A stretch of 64,000 nt of DNA from Candidatus Micrarchaeota archaeon RBG_16_49_10 (GCA_001784635.1 MFRS01000003.1:30777-94776), one strand, 5' to 3'. Shown: positions 30,887 to 39,795, counted from the first letter of the stretch. Numbers and translations are program-made. Notes: generated by a model not told the origin, from the letters alone.

Positions 30887-32554
30887 ATGAGCGCTCGGGA
30901 CACGATACTTAAGCACACGCTACTCAACGCCCTCCAATACGGCGGCAAGGCAGATTTCAAGGCTGTCGTTGGGAAGATAATCTCTGAAAACCCCGACTTT
31001 AAGGACAATATGGGCGAACTTATCCCCACAATCAGGGGAGTGATAGAGGAGGTCAACTCATGGGGGTTGGAGAAGGTTGAGGAAAAAGTGAGGGATCTTG
31101 GTATAAAAATTGAGGAAAAGAAGATTGAAGCAAAAAAGACTCTCCCAGAGCTGAAAAACGTCAAATCCGGCAAAATTGTAATGAGAATGGCCCCTTTTCC
31201 TTCAGGGCCCTTGCATATAGGAAATACCAGAATGGCGATTTTGAATGATGAGTACGTCAAAAAGTATGGAGGAAAACTAATTCTGGTGATTGATGATACT
31301 ATAGGTTCGATTGATAAAATACCGACCAAAGAGGCTTACAATTTAATCAAAGATGGCTTGAATTGGATGGGTGTTAATTACCATGAAACTCGTCTAAAGT
31401 CCGACAGGATGGAATTCTTCTATGAATGGGCTGAGAAGTTAATTCAAATGGGCTTCGCTTATGTTTGTGAGTGCGATGTTGAAAAAATGAGAAAGTTGAG
31501 GAAGGAGGGCGAAGACTGTGGGTGTAGAGGATTGAAAACGGAAGAAAACTTGAAAAAATGGAAGGGGATGTTGAAAGGAAAATACAAGGAAGGAGAAGCT
31601 GTGGTTAGGCTTAAAACCAGTATGACAGACCCGAACCCCGCTTTCAGGGACAGAGTATTGCTGAGAATTTCCAGCAGGAGCCACCCGTTGGTTGGGAATA
31701 AATATCTTGTCTGGCCGATGTTGGAATTTTCCTGGGCTATAGATGACCATTTCCTTGGAATAACCCATATTTTAAGGGGAAAAGACCTTGTCATAGAGGA
31801 CTTGATGGAAAAATTCATTTGGGATTTAATGAAATGGGAGCATCCTGAATTGCTCCATTATGGTCTGTTAAGCATAGAAGGGCTTAAATTGAGCAAGTCG
31901 AAGGCCAGAAAAGCTATTGACGAAGATGAATACTCTGGATGGGAAGACCCGAGGACATGGAGTCTACAATCGCTAAAAAAAAGAGGTTTCAGGCCAGAAG
32001 CAGTAAGAAATTTCATACTAAGCTTTGGTATGAGCATGAACGACATTACTGTTCCCGCTGATGTATTGTATACTGAAAATAGAAAAATTATAGAGCCTGT
32101 GGCCAACAGATATTTCGCTGTTTTTGAGCCCAAGATACTTAAAATCGAGGGTTGCCCGGATATAAAAGAAGTTACAGAAGGTCTGCACCCGGATTTTCCC
32201 GAGAGGGGGAAGAGGAATGTGCCTGTCAACACCAAGATTATCCGCGTCTCAAAAGAGGATTATGTCAAATACAAAGGAAAAACTCTAAGGTTGATGGGGC
32301 TTTTCAACGTGTCCCTAAAGACCAAAGCTCTCTACGAAGGAAATGAGGTCATTCAGGAGATGCCGAAAATCCAGTGGGTCTCGGAGAAGAATGTCCCAAT
32401 AAAGATTGTGATGAACGACGGGAGTGTAATCGAGGGGCTGGCCGAGCCCGACATCGAGAAAGTGAGGGAAGGCGAGGCCATACAGTTCGTGAGGTTCGGC
32501 TTCTGCAGGCTGGATGATAAGAAGACGATGAAGTTCCACTTCACCCATAAATAA
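30887..32554 (+). CDS. gltX: Glutamyl-tRNA synthetase (archaeal type)
   Basis: Class I motifs HIGN (PFPSGPLHIGNTRMA) and KLSKS. Confidence 0.9.
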   Translation: MSARDTILKHTLLNALQYGGKADFKAVVGKIISENPDFKDNMGELIPTIRGVIEEVNSWGLEKVEEKVRDLGIKIEEKKIEAKKTLPELKNVKSGKIVMRMAPFPSGPLHIGNTRMAILNDEYVKKYGGKLILVIDDTIGSIDKIPTKEAYNLIKDGLNWMGVNYHETRLKSDRMEFFYEWAEKLIQMGFAYVCECDVEKMRKLRKEGEDCGCRGLKTEENLKKWKGMLKGKYKEGEAVVRLKTSMTDPNPAFRDRVLLRISSRSHPLVGNKYLVWPMLEFSWAIDDHFLGITHILRGKDLVIEDLMEKFIWDLMKWEHPELLHYGLLSIEGLKLSKSKARKAIDEDEYSGWEDPRTWSLQSLKKRGFRPEAVRNFILSFGMSMNDITVPADVLYTENRKIIEPVANRYFAVFEPKILKIEGCPDIKEVTEGLHPDFPERGKRNVPVNTKIIRVSKEDYVKYKGKTLRLMGLFNVSLKTKALYEGNEVIQEMPKIQWVSEKNVPIKIVMNDGSVIEGLAEPDIEKVREGEAIQFVRFGFCRLDDKKTMKFHFTHK

Positions 32555-32594
32555 GATTTAAATTATTGATAGACCATCGTTATTTTAGATTTAC

Positions 32595-32921
32595 ATGACT
32601 GCAACAATAGTAGGCGGGTACATTCCTAGGACCCTTACTGATTCTGAGATTGCAGCAAGTATGAGAAAAAGGCAGATACTGACTAGAGAAACTGCTCTCG
32701 CAAAAGCACAATTGGAAGCAGAAAAAAATGCTCAACGGTATATCGGTTGTAAGATTAATCTGATTGAGGACGCAGAAAGACTTGCACCTCAAGATCCCGT
32801 GTTAAGATGTGCTTATTTAAGGAGACTGCATGAAATTACAGGGCTTAATCCAAAAAGCCCATATGAATTCTCAGAACATGATATTAAAATGTGGCCATAC
32901 ACTGGTCAACTTCCAAGATAA
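32595..32921 (+). CDS. Hypothetical protein (108 aa)
   Basis: ORF in an AT-rich spacer between gltX and the L7Ae operon, with no recognisable family. Confidence 0.3.
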   Translation: MTATIVGGYIPRTLTDSEIAASMRKRQILTRETALAKAQLEAEKNAQRYIGCKINLIEDAERLAPQDPVLRCAYLRRLHEITGLNPKSPYEFSEHDIKMWPYTGQLPR

Positions 32922-33024
32922 TTCTTTTAAACAGCAAATGAAACCTTTATAAGTTTTCAAGGTGTATGATGTTTAGCACAACTGTGCGGGATGATTGATC
33001 CAATTGAATTGGAGGTGAAATTAG

Positions 33025-33381
33025 ATGACTAAGTTGGAGGTTCCGAAAGAGGTTTCTGATAGGGTCTATCAGGTGTTGGAAGTCGTCAAAAACACGGGTA
33101 AGATAAGAAAAGGGATAAACGAAGTGACGAAGTCCATTGAAAGGGGCGAGGCCAAGCTGGTTGTTATAGCCACTGACGTCAGCCCGATAGAGATAACGAT
33201 GCACATACCTGTTCTGTGCGACGAGAAGAAGTGCGAGTACGTTTACGTGCCCTCTAAGGAGGAGCTCGGTAGGTCTGTGGGTATAAATGTCCCCACGTCG
33301 GCCGTGTCCATAGTGAACGTCGGGGAAGGGAAGAACTCTTTGGACGAGATAATCAAAAAATTGAGGGATCTGAAGAAGTGA
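33025..33381 (+). CDS. rpl7ae: 50S ribosomal protein L7Ae (K-turn binding)
   Basis: [14 protein letters not shown] and [14 protein letters not shown] match conserved L7Ae motifs. Confidence 0.9.
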   Translation: MTKLEVPKEVSDRVYQVLEVVKNTGKIRKGINEVTKSIERGEAKLVVIATDVSPIEITMHIPVLCDEKKCEYVYVPSKEELGRSVGINVPTSAVSIVNVGEGKNSLDEIIKKLRDLKK

Positions 33382-33385
33382 TTTC

Positions 33386-33592
33386 ATGGCTGTCGACGCT
33401 GTGCCTGCAGAGGTAGTCGAACTTTTGGGTAGGACGGGTGTCCGAGGCGTGATGCGGGTCAGGTGTAGGGTCATGGACGGCTCCGACAAAGGGAAGGTCC
33501 TGATAAGGAACGTGTTCGGGCCGGTCAGGATAAAGGACATACTGATGCTGAAAGAGACGGAGATGGAGTTCTCCGGGAAGATGGAAAGGTGA
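33386..33592 (+). CDS. rps28e: 30S ribosomal protein S28e
   Basis: [48 protein letters not shown] is the S28e signature. Confidence 0.85.
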   Translation: MAVDAVPAEVVELLGRTGVRGVMRVRCRVMDGSDKGKVLIRNVFGPVRIKDILMLKETEMEFSGKMER

Positions 33593-33598
33593 TAGCTG

Positions 33599-33781
33599 GT
33601 GGCCAAATGCTCTTTTTGCGGCAACAAGCTGGAAAGCGGGACTGGGTTGATGCTTGCGCTCAAGTCTAACAGGGTCCTCTACTTCTGCAGGAAAAAGTGC
33701 GAGAAGAATTGGCGGATGGGGAGGAACCCGAAGAAGCTCAAGTGGACAGAATCGGGGATGGCCTCTAAAGAGGAGGCGTGA
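33599..33781 (+). CDS. rpl24e: 50S ribosomal protein L24e
   Basis: MAKCSFCGNKLESGTGLMLALKSNRVLYFCRKKCEKNW is the L24e zinc-binding N-terminus. Confidence 0.85.
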   Translation: MAKCSFCGNKLESGTGLMLALKSNRVLYFCRKKCEKNWRMGRNPKKLKWTESGMASKEEA

Positions 33782-33845
33782 CTTCTCCCGGATTCGAATC
33801 AATTTTAAGATGTTTTTTCAAAAGATTATGAGACAGTGAAAACAT

Positions 33846-33932
33846 GGGCCAGTAGATCAACTCGGTAGATCGCTTCCTTGGCGACTTCGGACAAATTGGA
33901 AGAGGCTGGGGGTTCAAATCCCTCCTGGTCCA
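33846..33932 (+). tRNA. tRNA-Ala(GGC) with a 13-nt intron at 37/38 (33884-33896)
   Basis: Acceptor GGGCCAG/CTGGTCC with the G3:U70 Ala identity pair. D-arm GATC-AACTCGGTA-GATC. Anticodon stem CTTCC/GGAAG with loop UUGGCG-intron-U. T-arm GGGGG-TTCAAAT-CCCTC. Discriminator A. Confidence 0.65.
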
Positions 33933-33986
33933 TCAAAGGACCTTTAAAAGCTTAAAAAGTTTTACAACATAATATTTGTGAGATTT

Positions 33987-34460
33987 ATGGCAGAAAAGCA
34001 GGAATTAAGGGGTATTGTAAGGCTGGCAGGCGCTGACATGGAGGGTGGAAAGCAGCTTTTCATAGCCTTGCGAAAAGTGAAGGGGATTGGCCCTGCGATG
34101 GCGAGTGCCATAATAAAGGCAGGCAGCTTCGAGCCCCGTGAAAAGATTGGTCTGCTTCCCGATGCCGACATCAAGAAGATTGAGGACATAATGACCAACC
34201 CAAAGAAATATCATATTCCTTACTGGATGTACAACAGGAAGAAGAACCCTGAAACTGGCGACGACCAGCACTTGATAAGCGCCGAGCTGACCTTCGCGAA
34301 CAGGCAGGACATCAAAAACCTGATAGACATGAAGTGCTACAGGGGTACGAGGCACATGTACGGGCTTCCGGCGAGGGGGCAAAGAACCAGGAGCTCGTTC
34401 AGAAAGGGCAAGAGCATGGGCGTAGTCAAGAAGAAGAGCAAGCCGGCAACCAAGAAGTGA
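33987..34460 (+). CDS. rps13: 30S ribosomal protein S13 (uS13)
   Basis: Contains the S13 helix-hairpin-helix region and a C-terminal basic tail. ATG at 33987 was chosen as the start (MAEKQ...). Confidence 0.9.
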   Translation: MAEKQELRGIVRLAGADMEGGKQLFIALRKVKGIGPAMASAIIKAGSFEPREKIGLLPDADIKKIEDIMTNPKKYHIPYWMYNRKKNPETGDDQHLISAELTFANRQDIKNLIDMKCYRGTRHMYGLPARGQRTRSSFRKGKSMGVVKKKSKPATKK

Positions 34461-34465
34461 TTCTG

Positions 34466-34972
34466 ATGAGGAAAATTACGAAAAAGTATACCAAACCCAG
34501 AAGGCCTTGGGACAAGGAGAGGAATGAGGGGGAAAAGAAGTTGAAGATAAAGTATGGCCTGAGGAGAAAAAGGGAGATTTGGAAGGCCATCTCAATTCTG
34601 AGGAAATTCAGGAGCAGGGCCAGGGAGATAGCCGCAAAGAAGGACGCGGAAGCTGAGAAAATTCTCATAGACCACCTCAACAAGCTGGGTGTATTGGATG
34701 CGGAGGCGAAACTTAACAGCGTGCTCGGCCTGACGGTGGAGGATATCCTCAAAAGGAGGATGCAGACCGTCGTATTCGAAAAGGGCCTCGCAAACACGCA
34801 GAAGGAGGCCAGGCAGATGATAACTCATGGTCATATAGCTGTTGACAGCAGGAAATTTTTCTTCCCGAGCGCCCTTGTGACAAGGGACATGGAACCAAAA
34901 ATATCCTATTATGGAGGCTTTTCCCCAAAGAGGGTAGAGAAGGCAGGTGAGGCTGGTGGCGAAGGAGCTTAA
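34466..34972 (+). CDS. rps4: 30S ribosomal protein S4 (uS4)
   Basis: [34 protein letters not shown] is the archaeal S4 N-terminus. The start is at ATG 34466, just after the S13 stop. Confidence 0.85.
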   Translation: MRKITKKYTKPRRPWDKERNEGEKKLKIKYGLRRKREIWKAISILRKFRSRAREIAAKKDAEAEKILIDHLNKLGVLDAEAKLNSVLGLTVEDILKRRMQTVVFEKGLANTQKEARQMITHGHIAVDSRKFFFPSALVTRDMEPKISYYGGFSPKRVEKAGEAGGEGA

Positions 34973-35399
34973 GAAAAAGGCTATAGAGAAGAAGTACGAG
35001 CTTAAGGCCGACAAAGAGGGTGTGTGGGGAGTGGCCCACATATTTTCGACGGCAAACAACACCATAATCCATGTCACCGACCTGACTTGCGCCGAGACGA
35101 TTTCAAAGTACTCCGGCGGGATGATCACCACGAAGGACAGGGAGAAAGGCAGCGCCTTCCCGGCGATGCAAGCCGCAAAGAAGGCCGCTGAGGAGGCGAA
35201 AGAGAAGGGTATAATCGGCGTCCACATAAGAGTGAGAGGAAAGGGGGGAAACAAGAAGAAGGCACCTGGCCAGGGAGCGCAACCGGCGATAAGGGCTTTG
35301 GCGAGGAGCGGCTTGAGGATTGGACTTATAGAGGATACGACACCCATACCGACCGACTCGATAAAGAGGAAGGGCGGCAGAAGGGGGAGAAGGGTATAA
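34947..35399 (+). CDS. rps11: 30S ribosomal protein S11 (uS11). The exact start is uncertain and may lie downstream
   Basis: [33 protein letters not shown] is the conserved uS11 core. The ORF-track start overlaps the S4 end by 26 nt. Confidence 0.85.
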   Translation: MRLVAKELKKKAIEKKYELKADKEGVWGVAHIFSTANNTIIHVTDLTCAETISKYSGGMITTKDREKGSAFPAMQAAKKAAEEAKEKGIIGVHIRVRGKGGNKKKAPGQGAQPAIRALARSGLRIGLIEDTTPIPTDSIKRKGGRRGRRV

Positions 35400-35410
35400 A
35401 AGGTGATTTT

Positions 35411-36022
35411 TTGAAGGTGAAGGTTACAGAAGTTGGGGATATGAACGCGAGTTTCGAAATCGATGATATAACACCGGCTTTGGCCGGCGAACTAAGGCAT
35501 ATAATGATATCTGAGATGCCCACCATGGCCATAGAGGTCGTCGACTTCGCCAGAAACGAGGGTGTGCTGTGGAACGAGATAGTGGCGAATAGGCTGGGGT
35601 TGATCCCGTTGACGTACGATAAGAAGTACCACAACCTCAAGGAGGAGTGTAGTTGCAAAGGCAAGGGATGCTCCAAGTGCAGCGTGCACCTGGTGTTGAA
35701 GAAGAAGGGGCCTGCGGTGGTATACTCCAGCGACTTGAAAAGCTCGGACGACAAGGTGAAGCCCGTGTATGATAAAATACCAATCGCCGAGCTGGTGGAA
35801 AACCAGGAGATGGAATTTGAGGCTATCGCTGAGCTCGGCTTTGGTAAGGACCATGCCAAGTGGCAGGGCGCCGTGGTCGGCTATGAGGAGAGCAAGGGCA
35901 AATACTCGTTCTTCGTGGAGAGTGTCTGCGGCCTGAGCGCGAAGGACATCGTGGTCATGTCCTTGGAGATATTGCAGACGAAGCTGGACGACTTCTCCTC
36001 GGACGTAGGGAAATTAAAATAG
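35411..36022 (+). CDS. rpoD: DNA-directed RNA polymerase subunit D (Rpb3 homologue)
   Basis: 203 aa with an Rpb3-like dimerisation domain and a Cys cluster CSCKGKGCSKC. It lies in the conserved position after S11. Confidence 0.85.
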   Translation: MKVKVTEVGDMNASFEIDDITPALAGELRHIMISEMPTMAIEVVDFARNEGVLWNEIVANRLGLIPLTYDKKYHNLKEECSCKGKGCSKCSVHLVLKKKGPAVVYSSDLKSSDDKVKPVYDKIPIAELVENQEMEFEAIAELGFGKDHAKWQGAVVGYEESKGKYSFFVESVCGLSAKDIVVMSLEILQTKLDDFSSDVGKLK

Positions 36023-36052
36023 CTAATCCTATAGTTATAATTTAGTGGCAAA

Positions 36053-36166
36053 GCAGGGGTAGCCAAGCGGCCAACGGCGCAGGTTCTTTGGATGTGAGAC
36101 TTAAGATAGCCGTTTGGGATATCCTGTCCCTTAGTGGGTTCGAGAGTTCAAATCTCTCCCCCTGCA
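36053..36166 (+). tRNA. tRNA-Leu(TAA), class II, apparently with two 15-nt introns flanking the anticodon loop (36084-36098 between positions 30/31, and 36107-36121 between 38/39)
   Basis: The acceptor GCAGGGG/CCCCTGC, the long variable arm TCCCTTAGTGGGTTC and the T-arm GAGAG-TTCAAAT-CTCTC are all identical to those of the adjacent intron-less tRNA-Leu(CAG). After removing the two inserts, the anticodon arm is a perfect CAGGA-CUUAAGA-UCCUG. The discriminator A73 agrees with Leu identity. Confidence 0.5.
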
Positions 36167-36213
36167 TATATCCCCAAAAGTATAAGATTTGGTATTTCTG
36201 TTATTTTTAACAG

Positions 36214-36299
36214 GCAGGGGTCGGATAGCATGGCCAATTCCGTTAGGTTCAGAGCCTAATCCCTTAGTGGGTTCGAGAGTTCAAATCTCTCCCCCTGCA
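36214..36299 (+). tRNA. tRNA-Leu(CAG), class II, with no intron
   Basis: GCAGGGG acceptor. D-arm GGAT...TTCC. Anticodon stem TTAGG/CCTAA with loop UUCAGAG. 15-nt variable arm. T-arm GAGAG-TTCAAAT-CTCTC. Discriminator A. Confidence 0.8.
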
Positions 36300-36325
36300 T
36301 CTATTCTGTAGTTAAATCTCTTATT

Positions 36326-36877
36326 TTATTCCTTAATTCTGAGAAGCAGTAATGTTCCAACTAGATAAAATAATGAACAAAAATAAAATATTAATTTGAA
36401 CCCAAATTTACCGATTAAAAACCCACCAAGAATTACTGCCAAACCAGCAAATATACCAACTATTGCATTGTATTTTCCAATATTAAGCCCTCTCGTTGTT
36501 TTTTCTGTAATATCTCCGAGAAATGAAAGTTCAGAAGTGCCATATATGGAAGAAATTATACCGTTAAGCACCTGAAGTGCAAACAACTGCCAGAGGGAAT
36601 TAATGATGGTGTAAAGAAAGACTGTTAAGGCCGATATAAAACCACTAGCTATTAAAAAAGGCTTTCTTCCAAATTTATCTGAATATTTACCGCCAAAATA
36701 TGATGTCGACGCTTGTGCTATCGTCATCAGACCAACAGATATACCAAAATTTTCAATACTCCCGCCCATTTTTTCTATGAAAAGAAAATAGAATGAGCCA
36801 AATAAACCAGCAGCAAAATAGACGATAGAATTTGATAATATGAAAGCCTTCAAATTTAGATTGCCCTGTTCTTCCAT
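36326..36877 (-). pseudogene. Truncated MFS-family transporter: 183 aa covering only the N-terminal six TM helices
   Basis: MFS-like N-terminal half with signature-like GGKYSDKFGRKPF. There is no second six-TM half. It lies inside an AT-rich segment bounded by a 12-nt direct repeat of the tRNA-Leu 3' end. Confidence 0.45.
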
Positions 36878-36950
36878 AAGGTTTAATAATTCTTTGAAAA
36901 TAAATAAAAACCGATAAATTATTGTGAGATTTAACTGTAATTGAAGCGCA

Positions 36951-36962
36951 CTCCCCCTGCAT
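36951..36962 (+). repeat. Direct repeat CTCCCCCTGCAT, identical to the 3' terminal 12 nt of tRNA-Leu (36156-36167 and 36289-36300). This is an att-like partial tRNA copy
   Basis: An exact 12-mer is repeated roughly 650 bp downstream of the tRNA-Leu(CAG) 3' end. The preceding two nucleotides also match, giving 13/14 overall. Confidence 0.5.
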
Positions 36963-36992
36963 TTTTTAATACTGAAAATTAGAAATTAAGTT

Positions 36993-37289
36993 ATGAACAA
37001 AAAAATCCTTATCCCGATAGTCTTGCTGATAGCGATTGCCGTTTATTTTGTGTCGGCCACTATATACGGTTCATACGTCAAAGAGAAGGAAGATAGACTG
37101 CAATACTGTGAAACTGATTTGGATTGTATAAAGAGCCCTTGCTGCTATTCCTGCAACACCATAGCGTATGCCAATTATCTAAAGGAAAGGGGCGGGGTAA
37201 GGCTTAATTGTATGCAGGTGGCTTGCCACAAAGAGTTTGGCTGCAGTTGTGTTGACAACAAATGCGTGCCGAATGGGGATGCGTTTTGA
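36993..37289 (+). CDS. Small cysteine-rich secreted or membrane-anchored protein (98 aa, 10 Cys)
   Basis: N-terminal hydrophobic anchor ILIPIVLLIAIAVYFV. The C-terminal domain contains CETDLDCIKSPCCYSCN...CMQVACHKEFGCSCVDNKC. Confidence 0.4.
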   Translation: MNKKILIPIVLLIAIAVYFVSATIYGSYVKEKEDRLQYCETDLDCIKSPCCYSCNTIAYANYLKERGGVRLNCMQVACHKEFGCSCVDNKCVPNGDAF

Positions 37290-37575
37290 TTAGCCGTTTA
37301 CTTTCCATAAAAACTGGCCTTAATTTTAAAGCTAAAACAATAGCCTTTCTCCTAATCTACCTAACAAGAGTCTGAACAGAGTAGAGAATTAATCCTTTAT
37401 TTCTTTTCCTTTTTCTTGAATTTTGCGAAAAACTTCTTGAAACACATGGAATATAATTTGCCGTCCCGGTAAATAAGTTTTTCCGGCTTCGGGAAAAGTG
37501 AGAGTACGCCGGTAGGGGAGATAACAGAAATAAGCTCTAAAATTTAAATATTAACCCGAAAGAAGTATGTAGGTT

Positions 37576-38358
37576 TTGGTTATGGTAAGGAAAAGGGGCT
37601 TTCCGGATGAGGGTGAGGTCGTAATAGTCACCATAAGGGACATAACCCCCTACTCCGCATCCTGCGTGTTGGACGAGTACCCAGGGAAGGAGGGGATGAT
37701 CCACATCTCAGAGGTCTCCGGGAAGTGGGTCAGGGACATAAAGAAGATTGTGAAGAAGGACAAGAAGTATTCCGCAAGGGTCTTGAAGGTTGACGAGTCG
37801 AATGGCCACATAAACCTCAGCCTTAAGAGGCTTTCCAAGAAGAACAAGGAGCAGAAGCTTCAGGAGTACAAGAACGAGGAGAAGGCGGAGAAGATACTGG
37901 AGGAGATGGGAAAGAAGCTTGGCTTGAAGTTGGACGATGCCTACAAGAAGTTCGGCTTCGACCTGCAGGAAAAGTTCGGTACCCTCTTCAAGGCCTTCGA
38001 GGAGGGTTTCCAATCCCCGGACGTCTTGGTAAAGAGAGGCGTGGACAGGAAGATAGCCGAGGTTATCCATGAGGTCGCAAAAGTCTCCATACAGAAGAAG
38101 AAGGTCAAGCTGAAGGCCGTTGTGGAAATCAAGTCGTTTTCCGGCGATGGGATAGAGAAGTTGAAGGAGTACTTCAAAGAGCTGAACAAGGATGGCAAGC
38201 TGGAAATAAAATATATTAGCGCGCCAAAGTATAGTGTAGAGGTAGTGACCGACAATCCGAAGTCCGAAAAGAAGTTGCTGAAGGACCGCCTTACGAATTC
38301 AGCGGAGAACTTGAAGGATATGGAGGTAACCTTTAGGATAGCAGGTGAGAAGCAATGA
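37576..38358 (+). CDS. eif2a: Translation initiation factor 2 alpha subunit (aIF2alpha)
   Basis: N-terminal S1 domain (GEVVIVTIRDITPYSASCVLDEYPGKEGMIHISEVS), a helical domain and an alpha-beta domain. 260 aa. Confidence 0.85.
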   Translation: MVMVRKRGFPDEGEVVIVTIRDITPYSASCVLDEYPGKEGMIHISEVSGKWVRDIKKIVKKDKKYSARVLKVDESNGHINLSLKRLSKKNKEQKLQEYKNEEKAEKILEEMGKKLGLKLDDAYKKFGFDLQEKFGTLFKAFEEGFQSPDVLVKRGVDRKIAEVIHEVAKVSIQKKKVKLKAVVEIKSFSGDGIEKLKEYFKELNKDGKLEIKYISAPKYSVEVVTDNPKSEKKLLKDRLTNSAENLKDMEVTFRIAGEKQ

Positions 38359-39158
38359 CGACATACATAAAAACTATTGGGGAGCTCCCGAAGCTCAAAG
38401 ACCCGATATTCATTGAGGGTTTGCCCGGAGTAGGGAATATAGGGAGGATAGCAGTCGGCTACCTCATAGAGCAGCTTAAGACTGTCAAATTCGCGGAGTT
38501 GTTCTCCGATCACTTCATGCCCTTCGTGCTCATCCACCAGAGCTCGGCCGTCCATGTCCTGAAGAACGAGTTTTTCTATTGGAAGGCCGAAAAGGAAGGG
38601 CAGAACGACATTATATTCTTCGTGGGGGACAGCCAGAGCATAGACCCCGCCGGCCACTACGAGATAGTCGAAGAGGTTCTGAATTTCATAGAGAAGCTGG
38701 GTGTGAAGCAGGTTGTCACTACAGCCGGTTTGAGCGTGGGAGAGGAGAGCAAGGACGAGGCTGTGATAGGCGTGGTGAGCGACCCTCCTCTCAAGGAAAG
38801 GTACTCGAATTTGGGGATTGACTTCGACAGCGGCAGCAAAATCGGGACAATAATAGGGGCCTCTGGCCTTTTCCTGGGGCTGGGAAGATATAGGGGAATG
38901 GAAGGTATTTGCCTTCTTGGCGAGACATCGAACTTGCCTGAGATACCGGATCCGAAGACGGCCGAAAACGTCCTGAAGATATTGGTCAAGATGCTCAATC
39001 TGGAGATAAATCTGGCCGAACTTGAGGAGAAGATAAAGGAAATGAAGAAGTTCATGAAGAAGATAGAGAGCGTCCAGACAAAGGCCTTGGCGCAGATGTT
39101 TTCCGATCAGATGAAGCAGAAGTCGGGAGAGGGCGAAGAGCTTAAATATATTGGCTGA
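38355..39158 (+). CDS. PAC2-family proteasome assembly chaperone-like protein (PbaA/B, COG1938)
   Basis: N-terminal motif FIEGLPGVGNIGRIA. It lies next to aIF2alpha, a conserved archaeal neighbourhood. It overlaps aIF2alpha by 4 nt. Confidence 0.6.
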   Translation: MTTYIKTIGELPKLKDPIFIEGLPGVGNIGRIAVGYLIEQLKTVKFAELFSDHFMPFVLIHQSSAVHVLKNEFFYWKAEKEGQNDIIFFVGDSQSIDPAGHYEIVEEVLNFIEKLGVKQVVTTAGLSVGEESKDEAVIGVVSDPPLKERYSNLGIDFDSGSKIGTIIGASGLFLGLGRYRGMEGICLLGETSNLPEIPDPKTAENVLKILVKMLNLEINLAELEEKIKEMKKFMKKIESVQTKALAQMFSDQMKQKSGEGEELKYIG

Positions 39159-39177
39159 CTTCTAATTTAGTGATACA

Positions 39178-39765
39178 ATGGCTGAAGAAGAAACCCTCAT
39201 ACCGAAGCAAGAATACCTGTCCGCCGGGATACACATCGGCATGAAATCAAAGACGAAGGACATGGAGAAGTTCGTCTACAAGGTCAGGGAGGATGGGTTG
39301 GCTGTTCTGAATCTCAAGCTTCTGGACGAGAGGCTGGGTATTGCCGCCAATTTCCTTGCCGGTATGAAAAGAGTTTTGGTCGTCGGCAGGAGGCCAATAG
39401 TGCACGAGGCTATAAAAAAGTTTTCCGAGGCGACCGGCAACGAATACATAAAAGGGAGGTTCATGCCTGGAACCTTAACTAATCCCAATTACAGCAGTTT
39501 CACGGAGCCGGATGCGGTATTGATAACGGACCCCGTGACAGACAAACAGGCCCTAAAGGAGGCCACTGACATGAGGATACCTGTGGTCGCGCTGGTGGGC
39601 ACATCAAACGAAACCAGAGGCATTGACTTTATAGTCCCCTGCAACAATAAAGGGAAAAAGTCCCTAGCGATAGTGTACTGGGTTTTGGCCAAGGAAATTT
39701 CGAAAAAGAGGGGAAAAGATTTCAATTATACCCTAAATGATTTCATAGGCGAGGAAGAAGGTTAG
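39178..39765 (+). CDS. rps2: 30S ribosomal protein S2 (uS2)
   Basis: 195 aa, with archaeal uS2-like sequence throughout. Confidence 0.9.
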   Translation: MAEEETLIPKQEYLSAGIHIGMKSKTKDMEKFVYKVREDGLAVLNLKLLDERLGIAANFLAGMKRVLVVGRRPIVHEAIKKFSEATGNEYIKGRFMPGTLTNPNYSSFTEPDAVLITDPVTDKQALKEATDMRIPVVALVGTSNETRGIDFIVPCNNKGKKSLAIVYWVLAKEISKKRGKDFNYTLNDFIGEEEG

Positions 39766-39795
39766 TTTATTTAAACCAAAAAGATATAATAATTC

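Noticed and set aside
33782-33810. T-arm-like string CCCGGATTCGAATC just after rpl24e, as a possible extra tRNA
   Set aside because: No complementary T-stem or acceptor stem can be formed around it. It is probably a chance match or a tRNA fragment. The real tRNA-Ala starts 40 nt further on.
36107-36121. Alternative reading of tRNA-Leu(TAA) as a single canonical 30-nt intron after position 37
   Set aside because: That fold gives a C33 and a pyrimidine at 37, or a T-T mismatch closing the anticodon stem. Only the two-intron solution yields a canonical loop CUUAAGA. It was kept as the preferred model but with reduced confidence.
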